DNA of 64,000 bases, from the NCBI RefSeq assembly GCF_006345805.1, contig NC_043002.1:46438001-46502000 (forward strand), written 5' to 3'. This document shows, one piece after another, positions 49,190 through 62,270 of this stretch; the stretch's first letter is position 1, and each line of letters begins with the position of its first letter. The DNA is from Octopus sinensis. Taxonomy: Eukaryota. The position numbers and the translations under genes are program-made. The notes under the pieces are model-generated. The model saw only the letters and a list, made by a program, of their open reading frames with translations, searched no databases and had not been told where the DNA came from.

Positions 49190-49625
<436 letters not shown>

Positions 49626-50187
49626 ATGCATAAATGGGTACAGGACATCAAAAAATGTTGAACACAATGCTAAACGAAAACATAAAAACAAAAACTTAGA
49701 AACGAACTTTTTTTCAAACAATGAAAAAAAGAAACAGAGAAACGAGACATGCAACATAAAAAATATTCTCCTTCATCAGTTGTCCCTGTTTCATCTACTC
49801 CACTTTTCGAAGGCAAAGACAATATGTGACTTTGTTGGAACAATCCTTCCCGCAAAGCAAATTAAATAAAATTTGGGATTTTTTTGTGGAGGGTGAAAGT
49901 GGTATCAAGAACAGGACAGTGAGAACAAATCAGTAAAAACAAACGGTGAGGGCTGTTAAGTCAAGAACGATAGAAAAATGATTATGAATGCTAGGAAGAC
50001 AAGCTTATGAGAGGAGACAGTATAAGCACGTGTTGTCTTTAGGAAGGTAATGGGCAGAAAGATAGATTCTCTTTCGTCACTTGTCAGCGATGAGAGAGTC
50101 GAGAAGGAGGAGTGAGAGAGAGGGAACAGTGAAGAGGAGAGAAGAATAGGGAAGGGTGGGAGAGAAAACTAGAAAGGATGAAGAACA

Positions 50188-50218
<31 letters not shown>

Positions 50219-50264
50219 GGATGTATATATATATACATACATATATCATCATCTTCATCAACAC

Positions 50265-51170
50265 CACCATCATTCAACGTCCGTTTTCCATGCTAGCATG
50301 GGTTGGACGGTTCGACTGGGGTCTCTGAGAAGCCAGGAGGCTGCACCAGGCTCCAGTCTGATCTGGCAGTGTTTCTACAGCTGGATGCTCTTCCTAACAC
50401 CAACCACTCCGTTAGTGTAGTGGGTGCTTTTTACGTGCCACCGGCACAGGGGCCAGAGGAGGCTGGCAACAGCCATGATCAGTTGGTGCTTTTTACATGC
50501 CACTGGCACAGCTATCACAAGTACAATTACCATTTGATTTTCATTTTGCTGTTGATGTACTTGACTCAAATAGGTCTCCTCAAGCACAGCAGGTCACCCT
50601 ACGATCCAAGGTACTTTTGAATGGACTGGGGCTGGTTATGTGAAACTAGTGTAGGATACAGTTGTGAATCCACTTTATTTGCTGGGTCTTTGCAGTCACA
50701 GCCTATCTCTAGAGATCTTGGTCTTTCGTCATTGCCTCTGTGAGGCCCAGCGATTGAAGGTCATGCTTGACTACCTCATCCCATGTCTTCCTTGGTCTAC
50801 CTCTACCCTGGATTCCTTGTTTGGGAATAACACTTCTTCACACATTTCTCCTCATCCATCCATAGTACATAACCATACCAGTGCAAACGTCTCTCTTGCA
50901 CACCACATCCGATGCTTCTTATGGCCAACATTTCTCTCAGGGCACTTACACTCTGTTATGTGTGCACACTGACATTACACATCCAACGGATCATGCTAGC
51001 TTCATTTCTTTCGAGCCTATGCATGTCATCGGCAGTCACGGCCCATGTTTCACTGCTGTGAAGCATGGCAGTTCGCACACATGCATCGTACAATCTACCT
51101 TTCAGTCATATGTAGGGGTAGAAGCTTTCTAAACTTTACCCAGGCTATTCTTATTCTAGTGGTAACACTC
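50265..51170 (-). mobile_element. RTE LINE 3' fragment with shared tail
   Basis: Reverse complement of RT C-terminus, 3' UTR modules and tail; (ATC)n at ~50250-50275. Confidence 0.85.
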
Positions 51171-51282
51171 TCTCTCTATATATATACATACATGTATATA
51201 TATATAGAGAGAGAGAAAGGGAGAGATAAATATAATACATATATATATATATATGTATTTATATATATATATTATATATGTG

Positions 51283-51314
<32 letters not shown>

Positions 51315-51383
51315 TATATATATATATGAAGATATATATACATATATATTTATATATACACACATATTTATACATATATATAT

Positions 51384-51419
<36 letters not shown>

Positions 51420-51539
51420 CATCCATATTTATATATATAACTACATGTATACGTATTCAGTGATATATTTACGTACACAATTATACATGCATACATAGCA
51501 CACACATATATTAATTATATACACATATGTATATATCAT

Positions 51540-52328
51540 ATACACCTCTTAGAAATTTCTCTCTCTATACTTGGTAAGCTCATTATTTTCACTCCCTCCT
51601 CAATCAATATTTTTTCAAATGCCTGTCTGCTGCACTATCGTTACCATGGCAACATTTTTCTTTACATATACCATTGATTTTTCTTCTTCCTCACAGACTA
51701 TTAGTTTATCATTGCCTTTCTCCTTCAAATTCTAATACGTTCTTTCCTTCCCTCCTTGTGTTTCTCTTTCATAATCGTATCTTAAACCATTCGTGTTTCG
51801 TTTTTACCTTTATTTTTATTTTACCTCTCGGTTATATTTCGTCTCTTATTTCTTATGATTTGCTTTATTCTGTTTACTTAAATTCTGCTATATAAAGTTG
51901 GTTTTTTTTTTTTTTTTAAATTTTGTATGGGTACCATAAGTGAAAACTGCATACGTGTACCTACACACACACATATTACACGTTTCTGTTTTGTACATCA
52001 GCGATGTGCTACTATATTGGTCTTTTCCCCCCACATTCTCACTCTTTATATTATACCACCCTCTTTCTCTCTTATTTCTATTTCTCTATCTGTCTTTTCT
52101 TGTCTATTTGCCTCTCTTCTCTCTTCTATCCATTACTTTTTCCTTCCTTCTCTGTAGCTATTATATTTTGTTTACGGGCCGTTTATCCAATTTCTTTCTT
52201 TCTTTCTTTTCTTCTTCTCTCACCACAATATCATACCTTACAAATAATATTTCTCATGTCTGCTTCCCTCCTATTCACTCTCTTTAAGTTTCTCTTATCT
52301 ATCTCTCGCAATTTTCCTATCTTTTCAG
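51540..52328 (+). other. ~790-nt pyrimidine-rich tract
   Basis: Strong C+T strand bias without a simple repeat unit, ending in an AG acceptor. Confidence 0.75.
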
Positions 52329-52343
52329 ATGCTGTCAACCTAC
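52329..52343 (+). other. Candidate 15-nt frame-preserving microexon (ATGCTGTCAACCTAC)
   Basis: Acceptor ttttcctatcttttcag, donor gtaagc; length divisible by 3, no stop in phase 0 or 1. Confidence 0.4.
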
Positions 52344-53328
52344 GTAAGCAAGCGTCACATTAAACTCCACACCTTTTTTTTTTTTTTACTTCCTATTTGC
52401 AAAGCCAACGTGAGAAAGAACACGGAAGGATACTTTGGAGAAATTCGGTCTTAAGACACACTAACTATGTCTGAATAAAAGACAAAGATGGTCATGGGTT
52501 TTGATCATCGGGCCAGCCACTGAATCAGGGTTAAACATCAACATCCTATTTAGGTAGCCTTTTATCTCGAACTAGCTATAGCTATGGTAGCGAATACTGC
52601 CTTTGATGTTCGCTGCTGGATGAAGAACAGAGAGAGAGAGAGAAAGAGAAAGAGAGTGAGAGAGAGAGAGAGAAAGAGAGAGAGAAAATATTTTGAATAT
52701 AAGAAATTAAAAAATATATGTATCCGAATAGCGGGAATCGATGTATAATTACATTCATACATGTAAGCATACACACACACACACACAATATATATATATA
52801 TATACACACACACACATATATATATACACATATACACACACATTCATATATAGATGCAGATGCCCATACATACACGATGTATTATATATGTACGCACGAG
52901 AATATCTACAATGTCTTTATAACTGGTTAGTGTATTAAAATAATTTTTATTGTTACGTTATCGATATTACAAACCATACTAGATCGTTATTTTCTTTTAC
53001 ATTGTTGTTGTTGTCTAGCTTCAGGTCAGCCCTCTTCAAATAGACCTATGGACTTATGATCCTAAGCATTTCAGCCGTGGCCATCTCGTCTTTTTGTTTA
53101 CTTAGTTGATCAACATGTCCTTACTATTTTTTTTTAAGACGAGATTTTACTTAGGTGAGATTCAGCTGTTATTTCTAGCAACGAGAACGATCGCGTAGAG
53201 ATTCTCGTTGACTCGTACTTGTTACTTATGTTTTACTAGCAATTCCAGCATTTTACATGCTAAACAACACAAGTATTATATTTATTTATTGTTATTGTTG
53301 CCGTTTATAATTTCGAGGTTGATTAAAA

Positions 53329-54420
53329 AAGTACCAGTCGAGCACTGAGGTTGATGTAATCGACTAAGCTACTTCCCACAAATTTCAGGCCTTGTGCCTA
53401 TATGAGAAAATTAAGCAATCATTATTAGCAAAGCGGCGAGCTTGGCTTAAATCGTTAGCACGCCGGACAAAACGTTTAGCAATTTGAGTTCAAATTCCAC
53501 TAAGGTCAACTTTGCCTTTCATCCTTTCGGGGTCGATAAATTAAAGTACCTGTGAAACACTGTTGAGGGAGAGGGGTCGATGTAATTGACTAGTCCCCCT
53601 CCACTCAAATTTCAGGCCTTGCGCCTTTAATAGAAATGATTATTAGCAAAGCGACGAGCTGGCAAAATCGTTAAGCACGCCAGACAAAACGTTTAGCAAT
53701 ATTTCGTCCGTCTCTACGTTCAGAGTTCAAATTCCGCTAAGGTTGACTTTGTCTTTCATCGTTTTGGGGTCGATAAAATAAGTACCAGTCAAGCACTGGG
53801 TCGATGTAGTCGGCTAGACCTCTCTCCTCAAATTTCAGGCAAATTAGTAGAAAGAATTATGAGCAGCATTTCGTTCGTCTTTACGTTCTGAGTTCAAATT
53901 TCGCCGAGATCAATTTTGCATTTCATCCTTTTGGAGTCGAAAAATTAAGTACCAGTGAAACACTGGGGTTGATGTAATCAACTAGTTCCCCCCTCCCCGA
54001 ATTTCAGGCCTTGTGCCTTTAATGAAGGTTGCGCGTCGCACAAAAATGCTTCGCAGCATTTATCCTGGCTCTTTATGCTCTGTGTTGAAATTCTGTCGAC
54101 GTCGACTTTACCGTTTATCTTTTCGAAGTCGATAAAGTACTGGTTGTGCACTGGGGTCGAAATAATCGACTTACCTCATCATTTGTTATTATTAGCACAA
54201 AGGGCAGCGAGCTCGCAACAGTTATTTTGCAAAATTGGCAGGGTATTGATATTTAGCTGCGCCACCCTACAAGATTCTGAGTTCAAATTCCATCGAGGTT
54301 ACGTTTGCATTTCGTCCCTGTAGAGTGGATAAAAGAAAGTACCAGTCAAGTATTAGGGTCGATGTTTACTGACTAACAACACCCTCTCCTGAAAAAAATT
54401 GCTGACCTTGTGCCTAAATT
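53329..54420 (+). mobile_element. Head-to-tail cluster of ~6 SINE family B copies
   Basis: Repeated aagtaccagt...ggggtcgat...ggccttgtgcc blocks at ~53330, 53545, 53780, 53945, 54135 and 54338; several with head gcggcgagctggc...gagttcaaattcc. Confidence 0.85.
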
Positions 54421-54941
54421 ATTGGCACTGTTGCTTTCCCGAATTTTTCGGCCTGTGTTACACACAGTCTAGTAAATACTATTTTATTTTTGGTTAGGTT
54501 AGGTTTGGTAGGGAGTAAAATAAGAGTTTATTATACTTCCCCTCACATTTACACACTATCTCTAGTGGAATATGAATGCATTGCATGATAGAAAGAAGGA
54601 ATAATTAGTAGTTTGGCAGAGCGAACAGCAGTCAGCCGTTGGTAAGAGGACTTAGAAAAGGGAGGGAGAGAGGAAGTTCATATCAGAGTGGTTTACCTGA
54701 TAGTGTGGAAGATGGACAGTAGTAGCAAGTATGATATTTCATAAAATCTATGGTTGTTGCTGTGTTAGTGAATATGGTTTTTTTTACTTTGTCTCTTTCT
54801 TCTTATTTTCATTTGATATCAGTGGCTATGAAAGTCCTCATTCTAATTTGTACTATGCTTTATCTGTCAACGCAAATTATATATATATATAATATACATC
54901 TAGGTGTGTGTGTGTGTATATATATATATATTATAAGTAGA

Positions 54942-54980
<39 letters not shown>

Positions 54981-57049
54981 TATAGGTAGATGTATGTGTG
55001 TGTATATATATATATCTATCTATATAATAGGTAGATGTATGTATATATATGTGTGTATATTTACACACATACATATATTACATGACTATTTAGTTATAAA
55101 TGCTAATAGATGGGTTAAGACGAAGATTTTTAAATGCTACAATAATTAATCTTCAGTAAGCAATACATGCTGAGAAAAGAAAAATAGGCAAAAATCTCTC
55201 TTATAACAGTTTTATTGGATATTGTCTTTTATATGTCCACACATACATATATATATATTGAAAACATAAATATAGTTATCTTTCGCAGATTACATAAAAA
55301 ATTTTTAAATTAAAAATAATGAAATTATGATATAACAAATATTCTCGCATAGCCATATCTATCTTCAAAGAAAAAATAAGAAATATTTATGAATATCAAA
55401 ATTAAATGTCTAATGTATTTATTTATATTAACGAATGTGACCAAAAAGGAAGATAGTGAGTTTTCTACTTGTTACTCTTCGTCGTTCAGTTTAAATACAT
55501 AATTATGTTGGCTTCTACTTTAATTAGACCATGTTTATTAGCTTTTGTAATGGCATTTAGAAAGTAAAAGACTGTTTAAATGATTCCATGGATTTTATAA
55601 CCATTTCTCTAAGGATAACCGAACCATTTAACGAATTTATATTGAGAAATCGATAAATTGTAGTTTTCTATTAAAATATTTGTGATAACAATAAATGCAT
55701 TTTCTGTAAAAATAGACAACTAAAAAATAGAATTTAGTTTCTTAATCTTTAAAGGTGACTACATACATCTATCTTAATATAGGCAATAACCATTAGATTT
55801 AATTCATATTAGATTTCTTAGAGATATTTCAAAATTTGAAAGCCTTTAATAATTACTAATAATTTTATTATCAACGATGTGTTGTGATTGAATTGTGAAT
55901 ATAAGTTTAAGTTTGCACCTTATACTGGAATATTTATACTCCGAGTAGGCTGACTAGAGTTATTTAATATTTTGTTTTGTCTCTTATTGATTCATACAAC
56001 ACTCTCTGAGACTTTAGAGTACAGGAAATTCAGGTAAATTTCGTTTGCATCTTATTAGAGAAATGTTGATTGCAAATAACAACAAACAATTAGAATATCT
56101 TTTGTTGAATTCTGAATCCACCTTTTTACTGTGTTAAGATGATGTCATCAACTGATAAATAGCAGTCTAATGGTGTGGTTTAAAAAATACGAATGTAATG
56201 ACATCAGTGCTGATGACCAAGTCCCAGTGTTGCAGAATACAGTGAAAAATAGCAGGGAGGCCAAGGTTGAACCTGTGAGGAAGCCTTTGCATGGTCATGC
56301 AACCTGCAAAAAAAAAAAAATAGTGTTTGAATTGCATTTAAATCACTCTAATGTTGTCTAAAAGGGAAGGGCGACAGGATGGTCACAGCTGGAATGTTAG
56401 TGGATAAACGGCAACAGCAATGCAAATGTTTCTGTGTCTAATATTGCAAAAGAAAGTTGTTTTACATTAGCTTAGAGGTAGAGAGACAGCATATAAAAAG
56501 TTTGATTTCCAATAAAATGCCACAAATTTCAAATAAAGCCTATGGACTTATGAACAGATTTTAAAAATTCATCAAATTTCTGTAAATGTTCTTGAAATAA
56601 AATTAACACTGCAAAGAGATTGGTGTGAGGTAGGGCATCTAACCATAGGAAATTATGCCAAAGTGGTCCATGATACATTTAACCCTGTTGAGATTAACAG
56701 TATAAAGACTTTTCCTTGCTTTAGTACATATTATCAGAACTGCATGCTGAACATGATCAAGACCTACACATTAATGAACAAAGAATTAAAATAATAAATA
56801 TTCTTGCTTTGGCAATACATCTGCTAAAATTCAGATGATACAGAAAAGATTAGCACGGTCCCTGTGCAATGATGATGTGCAAATTAGTGAAGCATTCCAT
56901 ATTTTGTAGGTACAGGGCATGGCTGTGTGGTAAGAAGTTTGCTTTCAGATTCAGTTCCACTGTATGCCACCTTGAGCAAGTGTCTTCTAGAATAGCCACA
57001 GGCTGACCAAAGCCTTGTGAACAGACTTGATATATATTCATGATTTTAG

Positions 57050-57088
<39 letters not shown>

Positions 57089-57799
57089 TATATGGTTCAG
57101 ATGTACAAACAATAAAGGACAGAGACAGGTGAGGGAATAACAAGCAAGGTGTATTGGTTTGGTACTTGGGAAAAATGGAAAAGTCTTTGGCATTTCACGC
57201 CTACTCTCTTCAACAGAAAGTGATGAGGGAAAAAATGGAGAGAAAGACAAAAAAACAGAGTGAAAAAAGAATGTATCTGGATTAATGGTTCTGAGGGCAA
57301 GTGGACTAGTGGTTAGGGTGTTGCACTCCTGTTCATGAGATTATAATTGTGGTTTCGATTTGTGGACTGGGTGTTTTTGAACACTTCATCTTACATGTGG
57401 CGCACTGCGTACCTCTACAGGCAATATTGATCTGATGGAGGAAGTGAATTAATGTACAGCACAAACATTTGACAGAAGTATTTGATCACCATAAACAAAT
57501 CATTTCTACAAGGTTGTTCAACAAGAAATTGCGAAACCTTTATCTGTTGTCTATAACGAATATTTTCATATATTTCCACTCTCGCATTTCTTTTCTGATC
57601 GCCTGACTGGCCCTCATACCAGTGGCATGTAAAAAGCACCCACTACACTCTCGGAGTGGTTGGTGTTAGAAAGGGCATTCAGCTGTAGAAACTCTGCCTG
57701 ATCAGATTGGAGCCTAGTGCAGCCATCTGGCTCGCCAGTCCTCAGTCAAACTGTCCAACCCATGCCAGCATGGAAAGTAGACGTTAAACGATGATGATG

Positions 57800-57840
<41 letters not shown>

Positions 57841-58248
57841 TTATAAGGATAAAATTTAAAAAAAAAAATTTTATCAGTGGCCAGCATTATTATAATACCT
57901 TTTAAGGTGAAAATTATAAATAATTATAAATAAGGGCAAATAGTGAAAAATATTGTATATGATTAGATGATATAAAGTCTATTTTTTCAACATATAGGCA
58001 TAGAAATTTTTTTCTTTTGCCCTTATTTATATATATATATAGTGAGATGGAATGAACAGAGGAGAGTTAAATGGACATAGTTCAGTACTAAATAAAAGGA
58101 AATGGATTATTGACCTTTCAGCTAGTTGGATGACAATGCCATCTGTAGAGAAACTGTTCCTGCATATATGTTTTCACTCTGTTAGTTATATTCCATACCA
58201 TATTAGAAAATGAAATAGTTTTAATTAGCCAATAAGGGTGTTTCTACT

Positions 58249-58514
58249 GCAGTGGTTCTCAACCAGGGACGATATGGTCCTTGTGGGTGGGGCTGCATAT
58301 AAGATTTTGTTGTCAAAAATTATGTGCATTAAATTGGTTATACTTCTGCAAAGCACAAAATATCTTTTGCAATTTTTCTTTTATACAATTCCTAACAGTA
58401 TCTAATTGTAAAAATATAATAGGATTTTTTAAACATCAAATTGCCCTGCGAATCCATCAGAATAAAATAGGAATCAAAGGGGTCCCTAAGTAAAAAACAA
58501 TTAAGAGCCACTAC
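58249..58514. mobile_element. Degenerate hAT (Charlie-like) MITE
   Basis: cagtggttctcaac at left; attaagagccacta at right (10/14 match to its reverse complement). Confidence 0.45.
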
Positions 58515-59137
58515 TATACAAAGTTGACTATCCTATTAGAAATAGTAACTAAATCTCATTCAAATTAATCTTTGCTATCTTACGAAAATGAGACATACAC
58601 TGTGGATATTTTGTGTCTGAAAAATATGGGATGGTCATAACTAGAACCCATTGATTCTATGTTTACTTAGTAAAGGCTGATTTAGGTTTAGACAACAACA
58701 TCATCATCAGTGTTTAACGTCCGCTTTCTGTGCTGGTATGGGTTTGACAGTTTGACTGAAGACTGGCAAGCCAGGAGGCTGTACCAGGCTCCAATCTGAT
58801 CTGGCAAGGTTTCTACAGCTGGATGCCCTTCCGAACACCAACCACTCTGAGAGTGTAGTGGGTACTTTTTACATGCCACCAGCATCAACCACGCTTAAAT
58901 GGTGCGTTTTATGTGCCACTGGCATTGGAGCCAGTCAAGCAGCACTGGCATTGACCAGGCTTGAATGGTGCTTTTTACGTGCCACCAGCCATGACTACGG
59001 TTTCACTTGACTTAACAAGTCTTCTCAAGCACAGCATATTGCCCAATGATTGAAGGGTACAGTTCTATATTTAAGAGATGAGGAATTATGTACATTATTT
59101 ACAATCGACGGATATTTGTCCTATCTTGTTTGTTGTT

Positions 59138-59183
59138 AACACAATGTTTCGGCTGATACACCTTCCAGCTTTCATCAGGTGTC
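59138..59183 (-). ncRNA. Minimal type-I hammerhead ribozyme motif
   Basis: GACAC-CTGATGA-A-AGCTG-GAAGGTGTAT-CAGCC-GAA-ACAT-T-GTGTT: stem I 5 bp, stem II 4-5 bp, intact CUGAUGA and GAAA; the 4.5-kb copy has GGCTG and ACGT at the variant positions. Confidence 0.75.
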
Positions 59184-59254
59184 TTGGGGAAATTTCGAAC
59201 CTGGGTTCTCATTTTTCGATATTGTTGTTATTATTATTATTATTATTATTATTC

Positions 59255-59328
59255 AGGTCACTGCCTGGAATCGAACTCAGAATCTTGGGGTTAGTAGCTC
59301 ACGCTCTTAACCATAATGTCATATGCCC
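59255..59328 (-). promoter_or_regulatory. tRNA-derived internal Pol III promoter (A and B boxes)
   Basis: A-box-like TGACATTATGG (59321-59311) and B box GTTCGATTCC (59276-59267), 34 nt apart, with a CTACTAA loop between; not an intact tRNA. Confidence 0.65.
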
Positions 59329-60629
59329 GTGGGCATATGGCGTAGTGATTGAAGGGTACTTTTAAATGGGCCGGTTATGTGACACTGGCATTGGCCATGG
59401 CTATGATCTCATTTGGCTTGCCAGGTCTTCTCAAACACAGGATATCTCCAAAGGTCTTGGTCACTTGTCATTGTCTCTGTAAAGCCCAACATGTAGCATG
59501 GCTGTTTGCACACAGGCATCATACAGTCTACCTTTCACTTTGAGTAGGAGGCCCTTTGTTACCAGTAGAGGTAGGAGCTCTCTGAATGTTGCCCAGGCTA
59601 TACTTATTCTAGCAGCTACACTCTCAGAGCAGCCACCCCAACTACTGACTTGATTACCTAGGTAATGGAAGCTCTCAACTACTTCTAGTTTTTCCTTCTG
59701 GCATTTGATGGAATCTGTTTTCTGAACATCTTTGGTGTTTATTGCCCCTGTGCATCTGCCATACACACAAACTATTTTCCAGTTAACCTTCCTTTAATAT
59801 TAATGCACCTTTTATGTGTCCATAGCTTAAACTGGGTAAAATAGTTTTATTATACTTTCACCAGTTCTTTCTCTCTCTCTCCCTTTCCAGCTGGGGAAGC
59901 TGTGTATTCTCTTCAGCAAGACACTTGTTTCTCCATCATACTTTTACTTCCTTCAATACTATATCCGACTCAGTTGAGGGGGTCTTGTCTTGTAAGAAGA
60001 GAAAAGATAGATAGTTGTAGAGATAAGTAATGGTAATAGATAATGACGAATGTTAATAACCAGTAATCTGGGGAGAAAGAGGAATGACTAGCATCATTTC
60101 TTTATACAATTGTCATCCTCCATGCATATTAAATGTCCATACTACATCAGTGTTCCTTCTTGCACTCCAATACCTTCTACATCCACTTTTTCTTCTAACT
60201 TAATTGTATTTCACTGTTAATGTACCAACATTACACATCAAGTGAGACATGTTTGCTTCATTTCTTCCTAGTCTTGACAAATGTTTTGCATTCAGGGTCA
60301 CATCACACTTCCATGCAGCATCACTATTTGTACATAAGCAATCTATACCCTGCCTTTCACTTAGCGAGAAAAACCCTATGTCACCAGCTAGTAGCATCTT
60401 GAACTTCTTCCAACTTGTTTGTACTTTTGCTGCTATGCTTTCCAGACACTTCTATTGCTAATTAGGTCTACAAGGTAACAAAAACTATCAACTATAGTTG
60501 GACTTTTAATAGAATGTACTTCTAGTACTTTTTATGCTTATAACTTCTGAGCTATAAGTTTACCTTCCTTGTTAGTCTGCCTAGATAGTTGTAGCCTGCC
60601 TCTGATCCCTCTGCACCTCCTCCTCATCA

Positions 60630-61010
60630 TCATCATCAACATCGTTTAACATCCATTTTCCATACTGGTATGGGTTGGACGATTTGACTGAGGTCTGAAA
60701 AGCCAGTGGCTGCAATCTGATCTAGCAATGTTTCTACAGCTGGATGCCCTTCGTAATGCCAACCACTCCAAGAATGTAGTGGGTGCTTTTTACATGCCAC
60801 CAGCACAGGAGCCAGTCAGGTGGGCCTGGCATCAATCATGTTTGGATAGTGCTTTTTACGTATTACCAGCACAGGAGCCAGTTAGGTAGCCCTGGCATTG
60901 ATCACGTTCGGATAGTGCTTTTTATGTGCTACTAGCATGGGAGCCAGTCAAGGGCACTGGCATCGGCCACGTTCAGATGGTGCTTTTTACTGACATGGGA
61001 GCCAGTCAGG
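60630..61010 (-). mobile_element. RTE 3' UTR and tail fragment with four ~61-bp modules
   Basis: gtgctttttac...agcacaggagccagtcagg...ggcatc repeated 60783-61010 next to the shared tail. Confidence 0.8.
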
Positions 61011-62027
61011 TATGTATAATTTTTACTGGGTACACCATATGAAATTTCTATGCATTCCTTTTCTGCATAGTGAGCACAGCCACTTCTTTGTCAGCAGCAG
61101 GGATCCTCATTCCTTGTTACTATACAAAAACTTTAGCTCTTGCTAAGTTTTCTTTGAGTCCTCTTGATTCTATATTTTGTTTCTTCATTTTCTCTGGAAT
61201 TTCTTTCTTAATTATACAACAGGTTCAGCTATAACAATCAGTATATAGACAGCTGGTCTTAAACTTTTCTGTTATGGCCTGGGGGACTATGGTAAATGGA
61301 AGGAGGAGGAGAGCTGGGCCCTTATCTGCATGTTACGTTACTGTACTCATTGCTCAATATCACCTTACTGACTCCGCTTCTACACATGGCATGCATGCTA
61401 GTCAGCAACCCCTAGTTTCCTCAGTGATCACCATATTATAGAGTATGGAATTCCATCAAAAGCCTATAATAATAATAATAATAATAATCCTTTCTATTAT
61501 AGATACAAAGCCTGAAATTTTGGGGGAAAAGACTAATTGATTACATGGATCCTGGTGTTTAACTGGTACTTATTTCGTTGACCTCAAAAGGGTGAAAGGC
61601 AAAGTTGACCTCAGAAAATAATTATAAATAGGAGCAACAACAAAAATATATTTGTATGTGTACATGTCTATATCTATCTATCTATATATATTTACACACA
61701 GCCTCATCATCATTTAGCATCTGTTCGAGACGATGATATTTATTTTCCACATGACATTCTATTTAAGCTATGTGCCAAGGTGGGGTGTATGAATGAGTGG
61801 CTATCTGCCTAGTAGGTGCAGTAACTCTGAATAAGAATTGATAAACAAGAGAGAGCCCCCCCCCCCCCAGTAGTCTGGCCTGTTGGTATAAGCACTCTAA
61901 TGCCAGTTCCAGTGCACTATATAAAGTGGTTGATGACAGAGAAGTACCCAGCTATGGTAGCATGCTAAAATGGAACATACATGTATGATGTTATCACAAG
62001 CTACCCATGTAGGAGAGCAAGAACTTG

Positions 62028-62270
62028 AATAGAAGCTTGCTTTGCAACCATGTGATTTTGAGTACAGTACCTCTGCATGACACCATGGGCAAGTGTCTTC
62101 TACTACAGCCTCGGGGTGACTAATTTATTGTGAGTGAATTTGATTGACGGACCTTAGTGGAAGCCCATCATGTGTGTGTGTGTGTGTGTGTGCATGTTTA
62201 ATTCCCTGAAACTTAATGGTTCAACAAAAGAGACCAACGGAATAGTTGGTAGATTTAAAAACTAAGCATG
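62028..62270 (+). mobile_element. SINE family A copy
   Basis: Head, gggcaagtgtcttctactacagcc, (TG)n, partial tail; other heads at ~14478, 16603, 21340, 25795, 56915 and 63020. Confidence 0.6.

Larger units (their letters stand above)
59061..59345 (-). mobile_element. tRNA-headed, hammerhead-bearing non-autonomous retroelement
   Basis: Exact 14-bp TSD tgattgaagggtac (59047-59060, 59346-59359). Minus strand order: tRNA-type head, (AAT)n, hammerhead, tail ending TAGAACT. Confidence 0.8.
58700..59815 (-). mobile_element. RTE LINE 3' fragment interrupted by the hammerhead element
   Basis: ORF 59461-59766 (KLEVVESFHYLG, RLYDACVQTAMLH); 3' UTR modules and tail at 58700-59060. Confidence 0.85.

Noticed and set aside
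49760-49815. CTGATGAAGG on the minus strand in another repeat
   Set aside because: No downstream GAAA with a closing stem II; the CCTTC/GAAGG pairing would consume the core.
57295-57370. tRNA-like sequences (also ~7800-7870, 14478, 53430)
   Set aside because: A/B-box heads run into SINE bodies and lack complete cloverleaf stems; not tRNA genes.
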